A DNA stretch of 11,421 bases from Bacteroidales bacterium (GCA_028282585.1 JANQHR010000025.1:1-11421); one strand, 5' to 3'. Counted from the first letter of the stretch, positions 1 through 8,965 are shown. Program-made: numbers and translations. Notes: generated by a model from the sequence alone, not told the origin.

Positions 1-168
1 TTTTCTTTAAAACAATCAACATGATCTGTTAATTTAATTTCTTTTTTCTGTTGCATTTTACTTGAATTTTGTGTCAAGTTATTTCAGAATATTACAAACC
101 CACTATTAAAAGGCCTGGTTAATAAATTGCAAACCGAAAATAGTAAATGTTGGGAAAATTGGAAAATG

Positions 169-192
169 AAAAATGCCTGTTTAATAACAGGC
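169..192 (-). terminator. Probable intrinsic terminator of the minus-strand defence operon
   Basis: On the minus strand it reads GCCTGTT-ATTA-AACAGGC (7-bp stem, 175-192) followed by ATTTTTCATTTT, about 45 nt after the helicase stop codon. Confidence 0.65.
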
Positions 193-235
193 GAAACGTT
201 AGGAAAATTTTTGTTAAATTATAAGCACAGCTTAA

Positions 236-2599
236 TTAGACTTCAATTTTTTCTGCGATAGAAAGTAATCCTTGAATTAGTTGCCCTCTTTGTGTTTTCC
301 AGTAATTATAATCACATACAATAATTAAGTGCTTAATGGCTCTACTTATTGCAGTATTTATTAAATTCTTGCCATTGGAGACTTTCAATGTAGAATCTAC
401 AAAGAATTTATTTTTTGTGTCGCACACGCTAAAAATTACTGTATCCCATTCTCTCCCTTGTGCTTTATGTATATTAGAAAGCTTTTCCTCACCATATAAT
501 CTTGGAAATTTCTGCTTTAAATAATACACTTGTTCATTATATGGTGTGAGGATAGAAAAATTTGATGGATTATAATTCAATAAATACTTCTCAATAGCTT
601 TTATTTCATTTTGATTATCTCTTTTCTTAATTGAGGAGCTTTTATCTGCATGTAAATATGAAATTTTAGTATTTGAAGTATTATTACTTGACTTAAAATT
701 TATTCCATAAACAAATCTATCCAATATTTCTGCTAAATTTTGCCCAAAACGATGTGTAATATTTAAATCAGTTTTTACTGTTGTAATAGGTTTGTATTCA
801 TCATTAACAATAAAGCTTTCAAGGCTGTAATTAAATACATGATCTGTAAATATTGAAGACCGCTTAAAAAGGTATAAAGAAGGGTTATTAATATATTCTT
901 GATTTCTTTCGTCCATATCAAATACAGGTGGTAATTGCATATGGTCTCCCAACAAAGTAATTGGTTTACCATATATAAAAACAGAAAGGGTTTTAATAGT
1001 GTTCGCGTATCCAGCTTCATCAATAAAATAATGATCCGCATATAAGCTACCATCAGAGAAACGGCCAATATGTCCATCTAATGTTGCACCAATTATTTGA
1101 GTAGATTTTAACCTTTCCTTTGTGTCATATTGATTTAACTTCTTCAGAATCGCATTGTTTTCTTCTAATTTTGCTTTTAATTCGGCCAAACTTCTTCCAT
1201 TATAATTTTCTTTTAGCGACTCATTTATTGGATTATCTTTTTTAATTTCTTCCCAAGCATCATTTAACTCATTATTGATTTCTACTATCATAAATTCATT
1301 AAAGGATAGGAAAATCGATTTTAATTTTTCATCTTCAAACTTAAGATCCTCTATTGAGGCAAAACTTTCATCAATTTTTCTCTCTGCAGACCAAAGTTTA
1401 GCTTTTTTACTAGATAAATTGTCTTTTCTTTCTTTCAAAACTTTCTCAATATCAGCCTTTTGAAAATATAATGAGTTTAATTCTTTATCTAAAATCTCAA
1501 TTTTTAATTCTAGTTTGGTTCTTCCATTTTTAATTTTTTTAATCAATTTATGCCTAAAGGAACTTAAACTATGTTCTTTTCTTAAAATTGTAATTTCCTT
1601 TGAATTTATACTAGTTTTAATTGAACCATATTTGTTTTTTACCCCTTGATATTTATTTTCATCTATCTTTATTTCTTTTTTTAGTTTATCTACAGTCTTT
1701 GAATTAATTTGATAGGTTTTTAGATGCGAATTAAATTCAGAAATGGCTCTCTGGTCATTTGAAAAATTATCTACACCAAGAATATTTTCTAGAATTCTAA
1801 TCTGGTTTTTTACTTCTTTTATTTTTTTCTCGATACCTGCTTCTTCACAAACCTCAGGATAATCCTTTGCAAATTTTTTTGTAGGATTGCCAATTCTTAT
1901 TACAAGGTCACGTTTAATTCCTGCTTCATCAGTAATTTCCAATATACCGCGTAGAACTTGCTCTAATGAAAGATTTGTTGGAGCAAATATGGCTACTTTC
2001 TTTTTTTGTTCTATGTATTTAATAATGGAATAAGCTAAAACAAACTTAGTTTTCCCAGTCCCCGGAGCTCCCCATATATACGAAAAAGGATTATTAAATA
2101 TAGTTAAGAGAGCTTGTTTTTGGTTTGTATTTGGTTGATGCTCTGGCAAAAACCTAAAATCATTAATCTCACATTCTGTTCCATTGTTTTTTTGAGGTAA
2201 TTTCAATCTTTTTCCATTATTTTCGAAAAATTCTTGAATTCTTTTAATAAGGAATTTTAAATCGGAAATAACCAAAATATCCTCTGGTTCAGTCTTATTT
2301 AAATCGAAAGGAGCGTTTTCCGATTGCCTAACAATTAATACATTATTATCAGAATCGTATTCTTTAATTTTAATTATTGAATTATCAAATTCTTTATCGA
2401 GAACAATATGATAGAAAAGTATAAGGTCTGTATCAAATAATTTACCAGATAAATTTAATTTAAAATAATCTGCTGTATTTTGAATTTTACTAATTCCATT
2501 AACTTTAATTTCTGCCCTACCTTTTTTATTATCTGCAAGGTATTGATAATAAACCTTTGAACTTTTTATGCAAACATCTTTAATTTCATCAACTTCCAT
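236..2599 (-). CDS. Superfamily 1 helicase, UPF1/DNA2/NAM7-like (AAA_11/AAA_12 type), with a ~240-aa coiled-coil insertion
   Basis: 787-aa ORF. Motifs: Q-motif PNTNQKQAL, Walker A WGAPGTGKT, Ia FAPTNLSLE, Walker B FIDEAG, III LLGDHMQLPP, IV LNITHRFG, ILTPYNEQV, V NIHKAQGREWD, VI INTAISRA. A K/E/L-rich helical stretch lies between Ia and Walker B. Confidence 0.88.
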   Translation of the reverse strand: MEVDEIKDVCIKSSKVYYQYLADNKKGRAEIKVNGISKIQNTADYFKLNLSGKLFDTDLILFYHIVLDKEFDNSIIKIKEYDSDNNVLIVRQSENAPFDLNKTEPEDILVISDLKFLIKRIQEFFENNGKRLKLPQKNNGTECEINDFRFLPEHQPNTNQKQALLTIFNNPFSYIWGAPGTGKTKFVLAYSIIKYIEQKKKVAIFAPTNLSLEQVLRGILEITDEAGIKRDLVIRIGNPTKKFAKDYPEVCEEAGIEKKIKEVKNQIRILENILGVDNFSNDQRAISEFNSHLKTYQINSKTVDKLKKEIKIDENKYQGVKNKYGSIKTSINSKEITILRKEHSLSSFRHKLIKKIKNGRTKLELKIEILDKELNSLYFQKADIEKVLKERKDNLSSKKAKLWSAERKIDESFASIEDLKFEDEKLKSIFLSFNEFMIVEINNELNDAWEEIKKDNPINESLKENYNGRSLAELKAKLEENNAILKKLNQYDTKERLKSTQIIGATLDGHIGRFSDGSLYADHYFIDEAGYANTIKTLSVFIYGKPITLLGDHMQLPPVFDMDERNQEYINNPSLYLFKRSSIFTDHVFNYSLESFIVNDEYKPITTVKTDLNITHRFGQNLAEILDRFVYGINFKSSNNTSNTKISYLHADKSSSIKKRDNQNEIKAIEKYLLNYNPSNFSILTPYNEQVYYLKQKFPRLYGEEKLSNIHKAQGREWDTVIFSVCDTKNKFFVDSTLKVSNGKNLINTAISRAIKHLIIVCDYNYWKTQRGQLIQGLLSIAEKIEV

Positions 2600-2640
2600 A
2601 GAAATGATAACTTCATTAAGTTTTGAGCATCAAATTTAAT

Positions 2641-5499
2641 TTAGCCGTTTCCTATATCACTAATAAAAGTCTCAACAAAATCAACAATTCGTTTTAATAT
2701 TCTATCACCAATTTTTTTTCGTAGTAAAACTGATGGCTGCTCTCCATTAATAAGCTCTAACACTTCATCTCTCAATGGTTCTCGTTCTGCAAACAAGTAG
2801 TTTTCGATAAGCTTTTGGGTTTTTTCTTCCGATAAGTTTTCTTCTTTCACGATTTCATTAAAAGCTCTTATCTGCTCAACATTCCAGAATTTCTCAAATG
2901 CCTCAGGTACATCATCTGAATCTTCTATTACAGGAAGATTTTCAATAATAAACTTTTGTATAAGTTCACGTTTACTTCTTAGGTGTGCTTCACCGGAAAG
3001 TAAATCAAGAATTTCTTTTTGTTTCTTTTCTTGTTCTTCCTGTTTAGCACCTTTCATTTGTGCTAATAACTTGAGAATATATGCAACATTGATTTCATCA
3101 CGATGAATCAATTCCAATTCAAAATCTACATCTTCAAGTATAGAAACTTTTTCCTTTTCTCTGTTGGATTTTACTTTATCGTAAAGGTCTAAGTATTTGC
3201 TTTTATAATCTTCGAACTGCTGCTCTGGCATTGCAATATCTTCCCAAGCAAAATCTGCGAATGTCACTAATACATTCTTTATGCGCATTAACTCACGGAA
3301 TGCTTTAATAAAATTCAGTTCATCTTCTTCGCTTTCTAATTCATTCACACTATTTATAGATGGAGCAATATTGATTAATTCCTTAAATGCTTCGTTGAAT
3401 TTCTTTACATATTCTTCATAAGGTTTCATGATGATTTCTTCAATAGCTTCCTTATTACTGAATAATGTAATTGCTTCGTCCGTGCGTTTTTTAAGATTTC
3501 GGAAAACCACGATATTACCTTGTGATTTTTGCTCATTAAGAATTCTATTTGTTCTTGAATAAGCTTGTATTAATCCATGATAACGCAAATTCTTATCAAC
3601 AAACAAAGTGTTTAAAGTTGGACTATCAAATCCTGTTAAGAACATATTTACCACCAAAAGAATATCAATTTTTCGCTCTTTTACTTTTTTTGATACATCG
3701 TTATAATAATTGTAAAAAGACTGGCTATCTCTAGTTGAAAAGCTACTTTCGAACATTTGATTATAATGCCCAATGTATTCTTCTAATTTATCCCTGCTAT
3801 GTTTATTTAACCCATACAAAGCTCTTGGATCTTCTACAACTGAAACTTCTTCCGGAATAAAACCATTTGCATCAGCATCATCTTCATTAGCGGAATAACT
3901 AAAAATTGTAGCAACATTTAAGTTATGTTGACCTTCCAATTTCTTTTGATATAATATATCGTAATATTTAATTAGTGTCTCAACTCCGCTTACACAGAAC
4001 ATTGCAGTAAATTCTCTATTATAAGTTTTACGGCTATGATGTGCCAACACATAGTTGGCAATTTTTTCTAAACGAACAGGCGATTCCATTAACTCTTTAG
4101 TATCAATATCTTCTACTTCGATATCAATATTAGTCTCACTACCATCTCTTTGAGTGTACTTACCTACATACTCAACTGAAAACTTTAAAACATTTTCATC
4201 CTTAATTGCATCAGTTATTACATATTTGTGCAAGCAATCGCCAAACAATTCTTTGGTTGTTCGTTTACCTAATTCATTTTTTATTGCGTTATCAGCAAAA
4301 ATTGGAGTTCCGGTAAAGCCAAACATCTGTGGATCATTAAAGAACTTCTTAATTCGATTATGTGTTTCCCCAAACTGTGAACGGTGGCATTCATCGAAAA
4401 TAAAGATAATCCGTTCATCTTGTAGTTTCTCCATTTTTGTTAAATATCGCTTTTTACTAATTGCAGTATTTAATTTTTGAATGGTTGTTACGATAAGTTT
4501 GGTATCATCTGAAAACTGAGAAACTAACTGTTTAGTATTATCAGTAGCATCAACACAGCCTTTTTTAAAACTATCAAATTCTTTATTTGTCTGATAATCC
4601 AAATCTTTTCGGTCTACTACAAATACTACTTTTTTAATCTTAGGTAATGCGGTAAGAATCTGGCTTGCTTTAAAGGATGTAAGGGTTTTTCCTGATCCTG
4701 TAGTATGCCAAACATATCCATTTTTTTGAGAATTAATTACTTTCTCAATTAGGGCTTCTACAGCATAAAACTGATATGGGCGAAGAACCATTAAGATTTT
4801 ATTGGTTTCATTCAATACTACATACTTGCATATCATTTTTGAGATATGGCAAGGTTCTAGGAAATCGCTGGTAAAACCATTTAAAATATTGGTAAGACGT
4901 TTATTTTCTTCATCTGTCCAATAAAAGGTTTGCTTAAACGATTGACGCCTGTTATTTGCATAATATTTTGTGTTAACCCCATTTGATATAACAAATATTT
5001 GCACATATTGAAATAAGGCAGAATTTGCTCCAAAAGAATGGCGTTGATAACGATTTATTTGATTAAAAGCTTCTTTCAACTCTAAACCACGTCGCTTCAA
5101 CTCAATTTGAACTAAAGGCAAACCATTAATAAGCAAGGTAACATCGTAACGGTTCTTGTATGTTCCTTCTATTGTTACCTGATGTGTAACCTGGTATTGA
5201 TTCTGACACCAATGCTCTGTATTAATAAATTCGAAGTACAAATTATCGCCATTATCACGAATGATATGCTGCTTCTCACGGAGTGTTTTAGCCTTTTCGA
5301 ATACTGAACCTTTACTTAAGATATTAAGAACTTTCTCGAATTCTTTTTCAGAAAAAGTTATATTGTTATGCTTTTCTAATTGCTTCTTCAAATTTGCAAT
5401 TAGTTCATTTTCATCTTTGATTAGTACTAGACCATAGCCCAGTTGTTGCAGTTGTTCAACAAGTTGATCTTCTAATATTTGTTCGGGTTGTCTGCTCAT
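2641..5499 (-). CDS. hsdR: Type I restriction-modification system restriction subunit R (EcoR124I-like architecture)
   Basis: 952 aa. Nuclease motif RYDVTLLINGLPLVQIELKR, Walker A HTTGSGKT, DECHR, FTGTP, MFLTGFDSP, QAYSRTNR. Lies in a cluster with hsdM and hsdS. Confidence 0.96.
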   Translation of the reverse strand: MSRQPEQILEDQLVEQLQQLGYGLVLIKDENELIANLKKQLEKHNNITFSEKEFEKVLNILSKGSVFEKAKTLREKQHIIRDNGDNLYFEFINTEHWCQNQYQVTHQVTIEGTYKNRYDVTLLINGLPLVQIELKRRGLELKEAFNQINRYQRHSFGANSALFQYVQIFVISNGVNTKYYANNRRQSFKQTFYWTDEENKRLTNILNGFTSDFLEPCHISKMICKYVVLNETNKILMVLRPYQFYAVEALIEKVINSQKNGYVWHTTGSGKTLTSFKASQILTALPKIKKVVFVVDRKDLDYQTNKEFDSFKKGCVDATDNTKQLVSQFSDDTKLIVTTIQKLNTAISKKRYLTKMEKLQDERIIFIFDECHRSQFGETHNRIKKFFNDPQMFGFTGTPIFADNAIKNELGKRTTKELFGDCLHKYVITDAIKDENVLKFSVEYVGKYTQRDGSETNIDIEVEDIDTKELMESPVRLEKIANYVLAHHSRKTYNREFTAMFCVSGVETLIKYYDILYQKKLEGQHNLNVATIFSYSANEDDADANGFIPEEVSVVEDPRALYGLNKHSRDKLEEYIGHYNQMFESSFSTRDSQSFYNYYNDVSKKVKERKIDILLVVNMFLTGFDSPTLNTLFVDKNLRYHGLIQAYSRTNRILNEQKSQGNIVVFRNLKKRTDEAITLFSNKEAIEEIIMKPYEEYVKKFNEAFKELINIAPSINSVNELESEEDELNFIKAFRELMRIKNVLVTFADFAWEDIAMPEQQFEDYKSKYLDLYDKVKSNREKEKVSILEDVDFELELIHRDEINVAYILKLLAQMKGAKQEEQEKKQKEILDLLSGEAHLRSKRELIQKFIIENLPVIEDSDDVPEAFEKFWNVEQIRAFNEIVKEENLSEEKTQKLIENYLFAEREPLRDEVLELINGEQPSVLLRKKIGDRILKRIVDFVETFISDIGNG

Positions 5500-6104
5500 A
5501 CCAGGTTTAATTTATCTGTTTCCCATTTTTGGGGATTTTCCTGTATATATTTTTGTATGTTCTGAAATGATTTGCCGTTTCGGATAATATGATCGTAAAA
5601 ACGTGATTGCCATGCAAAACCAGCAAGGATTTTACGCGATTCGAATGTAACACGCCCCTTGTACCATCGAATAATACGTGATAAATTTTCATTTAACATT
5701 GGATTTTTTTCGCCGGTAATACCACCCCGTGTTTCCATTTTCGGTGCGTTATCCGTAGAAGCGCGATTAATCGCGCTTCTACGGATATTCGGGTTTTTAC
5801 GGTTTTGCCAATTATTCAATTTATTAATTACAATAATTCCATGTACATGATTGGGCATGATTATGAAATTTTCCAATTCAACATATGGGAAATGATTGGG
5901 TATTTCCAACCAATATTTTTGTGCGATATTTCCGATTTCAGAAACGTGGTGAACCATATTTTTGCCATTATTTTCGATACTACCAAAATAATAATCGCGG
6001 CCGGCGGTACAAATGGTTACGAAATAGGCCGCATTAGAACCATAATCCCAATTTTGTAGGCGGGTAGATTCTGTGCGGTATATATTTCGAAATTTATCGG
6101 CCAT
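5496..6104 (-). CDS. HUH/Y1 tyrosine transposase-family protein (REP-associated tyrosine transposase, RAYT/TnpA-REP-like)
   Basis: Motifs RLQNWDYGSNAAYFVTICT, HUH motif IMPNHVHGII, WQSRFYDHIIRN and the catalytic-Tyr helix YIQENP. Start reassigned to the ATG at 6104 (MADKFRN..., 202 aa), 10 nt after the hsdS stop. Its TGA overlaps the hsdR ATG (ATGA, 5496-5499). Confidence 0.88.
   Translation of the reverse strand: MADKFRNIYRTESTRLQNWDYGSNAAYFVTICTAGRDYYFGSIENNGKNMVHHVSEIGNIAQKYWLEIPNHFPYVELENFIIMPNHVHGIIVINKLNNWQNRKNPNIRRSAINRASTDNAPKMETRGGITGEKNPMLNENLSRIIRWYKGRVTFESRKILAGFAWQSRFYDHIIRNGKSFQNIQKYIQENPQKWETDKLNLV
5750..5787. repeat. Perfect 38-bp palindrome, GTAG-type REP-like element inside the RAYT gene
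   Basis: TATCCGTAGAAGCGCGATT|AATCGCGCTTCTACGGATA is its own reverse complement and contains GTAG...CTAC with a GC-rich core. Confidence 0.85.
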
Positions 6105-6114
6105 GTTTTTTAAT

Positions 6115-7323
6115 TTACACAAACATCTTCTGTAATAATCCTTTTTTCCATTGCTCCATTTTTTCAATTTGAATTTGGCAATGTTTTATTTTTTCATCCA
6201 ATATTTTAAGAAAACCTAAGATTTTTATTTGTTCTGATAAATTTGGAAGTTCAATGCTAACTTTTAATAAAGTTTTTTCATGAATCCGCTTACTTCCAGA
6301 GCCACTGGAAATCTTTTCTAAGCTTTTATAAAATGATTCTCTACCTAAAAAGTAAAAAAGAAATAATGGATCAATGAATTCTGTTTTTATATTTAGACTT
6401 GGAACATCCCCAGAAGATAAACAGCCATCTAATTCATCAGGAATAATACCAAACGCTCCATTAAAAAGATTTTGTTTACCATAAATAAACTGTCCATTTT
6501 TTCTTTTATAATAATTTGTTGATCCAATAGATAGATTATCAGTATTTTCATTTAAAAGAACACCTTTCAAATGTAACTTTACGGTCAACAATTTATTCTT
6601 ATCTACAATCTTAGGTTTTATTTTATCAGGTATCGTTAAAATATCTGACAAATTTAATTTTTGCCATTTTGGAAATTCTTTCCCAGCTTCATCTTTAAAT
6701 CTAATTTCTTGAGAGAATACTTTTTGCATTACTCCCTTTTTATATTGATCCAATAATTCTTTTTTCTTTTGTGTTAGCTCAATTCTTTTATCTATCAAAT
6801 CTAAAAATGATGATATCTTGATTTGTTCAGAATAACTTGGAATGTTAAGTTTTAGCTTTTCAAATTCTTTTTGTCCTAACGTTTTATTTCTTCCAGCTCC
6901 TCCCGGAGATGCTAATTCTAATAGAATTTTTCCTTTTCTTGTTAAAAAAAATTGGTGCAAATAATTTAAATCACATTGATTTATTTTTGGTAAGTACATT
7001 GGGAAACGGTGCGAAGCAATCATGCCTACTTCTTTTTCTGTAGTTTTAGCAACAGCTTGTTCCCAAGCAAAAACTATATTTACAATAAATGCATTTTCTT
7101 TTATCCAAAAAACCCGTTTATTACCTAACTCTTCTCCTGTTACAGTTTCTTTGTAAAATAATCCCTTGCCATGCGATTTTATTCCAATCTGTTTATATTT
7201 TTTATCCTTTTCAATTTTAACTGGAATAGCAGTTCTCTCGATTAAATCCTTTAATATTTTTTTCTCCCATTCATTGGAAAATTCATTGAATCTTAACTGT
7301 GGTGTTTTCAATTTTTTCTCCAT
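6115..7323 (-). CDS. hsdS: Type I restriction-modification specificity subunit S (two TRDs)
   Basis: 402 aa. N-terminal PQLRFNEFSNEW; repeated conserved helices IPSYSEQIKISSFL...KKGVMQKVF and LPNLSEQIKILGFL...KKGLLQKMF separate two variable regions. Starts 3 nt after hsdM. Confidence 0.95.
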   Translation of the reverse strand: MEKKLKTPQLRFNEFSNEWEKKILKDLIERTAIPVKIEKDKKYKQIGIKSHGKGLFYKETVTGEELGNKRVFWIKENAFIVNIVFAWEQAVAKTTEKEVGMIASHRFPMYLPKINQCDLNYLHQFFLTRKGKILLELASPGGAGRNKTLGQKEFEKLKLNIPSYSEQIKISSFLDLIDKRIELTQKKKELLDQYKKGVMQKVFSQEIRFKDEAGKEFPKWQKLNLSDILTIPDKIKPKIVDKNKLLTVKLHLKGVLLNENTDNLSIGSTNYYKRKNGQFIYGKQNLFNGAFGIIPDELDGCLSSGDVPSLNIKTEFIDPLFLFYFLGRESFYKSLEKISSGSGSKRIHEKTLLKVSIELPNLSEQIKILGFLKILDEKIKHCQIQIEKMEQWKKGLLQKMFV

Positions 7324-7326
7324 GAC

Positions 7327-8913
7327 TTAAAAAGGTGTTGAAATATTAAGTTCATTACAAAAATTGGTGAGAGTTTTATCAATATCAGAAGTTTGTTTAT
7401 CCATTTGCTGAATTTCCTCAGCTACAGCATTTATATCAATTTCTTCTTCATCTTCATATGTATCCACATATAATGGAATATTAAGATTATAATCTTTTTC
7501 TGCTATTTCTTCAAGAGATGCAACATAACTATATTTATCAATTATTTCTCGTTTACGATAAGTGCTAATTATTTTATCAATATCAGTTATTCTTAAAGCA
7601 TTTTGTGTCCCCTTTTCAAAATATTGACTTGAATCTACAAATAAAATATTTTCAGGATTTTCACGGCATTTTTTAAATACTAATATACATGTTGGAATAG
7701 GTGTGCCATAGAAAATGTTTGGTGGTAGACCTATTACAGCATCTAGATAATTTTTTTCTTCTATTAAATACCTGCGTATATGTCCCTCTGCAGCACTTCG
7801 GAATAAAACCCCATGTGGTAAGATTATTGCCATTTGACCATTTTCAGCTAAATGATAAATCATATGTTGTACAAAAGCAAAATCCGCTTTGCTCTTTGGT
7901 GCTAACTTACCATATTGGCTAAAACGGTCATCGCTCATAAACAATTGGTTTGCATTCCAATGTGCTGAAAATGGTGGATTAGCCACAATAGCTTCAAATT
8001 GCATATCGATATGCTGTGGGTGTTCCAATGTATCTTCTTGCTTTATATCAAATTTACGATAATGCACATCGTGCAATATCATGTTCATTCGAGCTAAGTT
8101 GTAAGTAGTTCTATTTAATTCCTGTCCATAAAAGTTATTTACTTCTTGAACTTCCTTTGCTACACGAAGCAATAGTGAACCGGAACCACAAGTAGGATCA
8201 TATACAGATTTTAACTTGCTTTTTCCAGCCGTTACCAACTTAGCCAGTACCATACTTACTTCTTGCGGAGTATAAAATTCACCTGCTTTTTTACCAGCAC
8301 CACTAGCAAATTTTCCTATCAGGTACTCGTATGCATCACCTAAAACATCCAGCTCTGTTTGCTCTAATTTAAAATCAATTTTATTTAAATGAGCTAACAC
8401 CTTTGCTATGACTGTATTTCTAGCTTCTGGTGTTTTCCCAAGTTTAGTACTATTTAAATCAATATCTTCAAAAAGATGGTCAAAATCTTCTTCACTTTCA
8501 GTTCCCATTGTAGAAAGCTGAATGTTATTTAAGATTTTTTGTAAGTCTTCTAATATAAATTTGTTTTGAATTTCTTCTTCTGTTACTTCATCGCCATTGC
8601 CGTTTCCACGTTTGGCAATTTCACTAAATAATTCAGATGGTTTTAAGAAATAACCTAATTTTTCAAGGGCTTCTTCTTTGATGGCTTCTATATATTCCTT
8701 TCCATTTGCTGTTTCTTCCTTAATCTCTTTATACTTAATTCCATCTGTTTTTAATATGGAATTGGCATACATTTCCATTTTTTCGGCCAGGTATTTGAAA
8801 AAAATAAATCCCAAGATATAATCCCGGAATTCATCTGCATCCATCTTTCCCCTAAGCGTATTCGCTATATTCCAAAGTTGTTGTTCTAACTGTTTCTTAT
8901 GATCTTCTGACAT
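7327..8913 (-). CDS. hsdM: Type I restriction-modification N6-adenine methyltransferase subunit M
   Basis: 528 aa. N-terminal LWNIANTLRG, GEFYTP, SAM-binding motif YDPTCGSGSLL, catalytic motif NPPF, and ILPHGVLFR. Confidence 0.97.
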   Translation of the reverse strand: MSEDHKKQLEQQLWNIANTLRGKMDADEFRDYILGFIFFKYLAEKMEMYANSILKTDGIKYKEIKEETANGKEYIEAIKEEALEKLGYFLKPSELFSEIAKRGNGNGDEVTEEEIQNKFILEDLQKILNNIQLSTMGTESEEDFDHLFEDIDLNSTKLGKTPEARNTVIAKVLAHLNKIDFKLEQTELDVLGDAYEYLIGKFASGAGKKAGEFYTPQEVSMVLAKLVTAGKSKLKSVYDPTCGSGSLLLRVAKEVQEVNNFYGQELNRTTYNLARMNMILHDVHYRKFDIKQEDTLEHPQHIDMQFEAIVANPPFSAHWNANQLFMSDDRFSQYGKLAPKSKADFAFVQHMIYHLAENGQMAIILPHGVLFRSAAEGHIRRYLIEEKNYLDAVIGLPPNIFYGTPIPTCILVFKKCRENPENILFVDSSQYFEKGTQNALRITDIDKIISTYRKREIIDKYSYVASLEEIAEKDYNLNIPLYVDTYEDEEEIDINAVAEEIQQMDKQTSDIDKTLTNFCNELNISTPF

Positions 8914-8965
8914 AGTTTATTTCATTTAAAAACCTAAAATTAACAATAACTTTTTAAGAAATAAC

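Noticed and set aside
1-22. Possible minus-strand gene start (MLIVLKK...) running off the left edge
   Set aside because: Only seven codons are visible, too few to support or identify.
60-79. ACTTGA-N8-TCAAGT inverted repeat
   Set aside because: Six-bp arms in AT-rich DNA are expected by chance.
336-1463. Short ORFs 336-524, 775-1077 and 1275-1463
   Set aside because: They are antisense or alternate-frame shadows within the helicase with no recognisable motifs.
3549-4480. ORFs 3549-3734 and 4154-4480
   Set aside because: They are antisense shadows of hsdR.
5507-6059. ORFs 5507-5692, 5659-5850 and 5805-6059
   Set aside because: They lie within the RAYT gene in other frames or strands and have no independent support.
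5496-6104. Complete IS200/IS605 insertion sequence
   Set aside because: There is no tnpB and no non-coding flanks or subterminal hairpins, and the motifs are RAYT-like.
6105-6167. N-terminal extension of the transposase ORF (start at 6167)
   Set aside because: It overlaps the conserved hsdS C-terminus by 53 nt; family-like sequence begins at the Met at 6104.
6115-8913. Phase variation or shufflon in hsdS/hsdM
   Set aside because: I saw no long simple-sequence repeats, long inverted repeats, extra TRDs or invertase; poly-A/T runs are ordinary for this composition.
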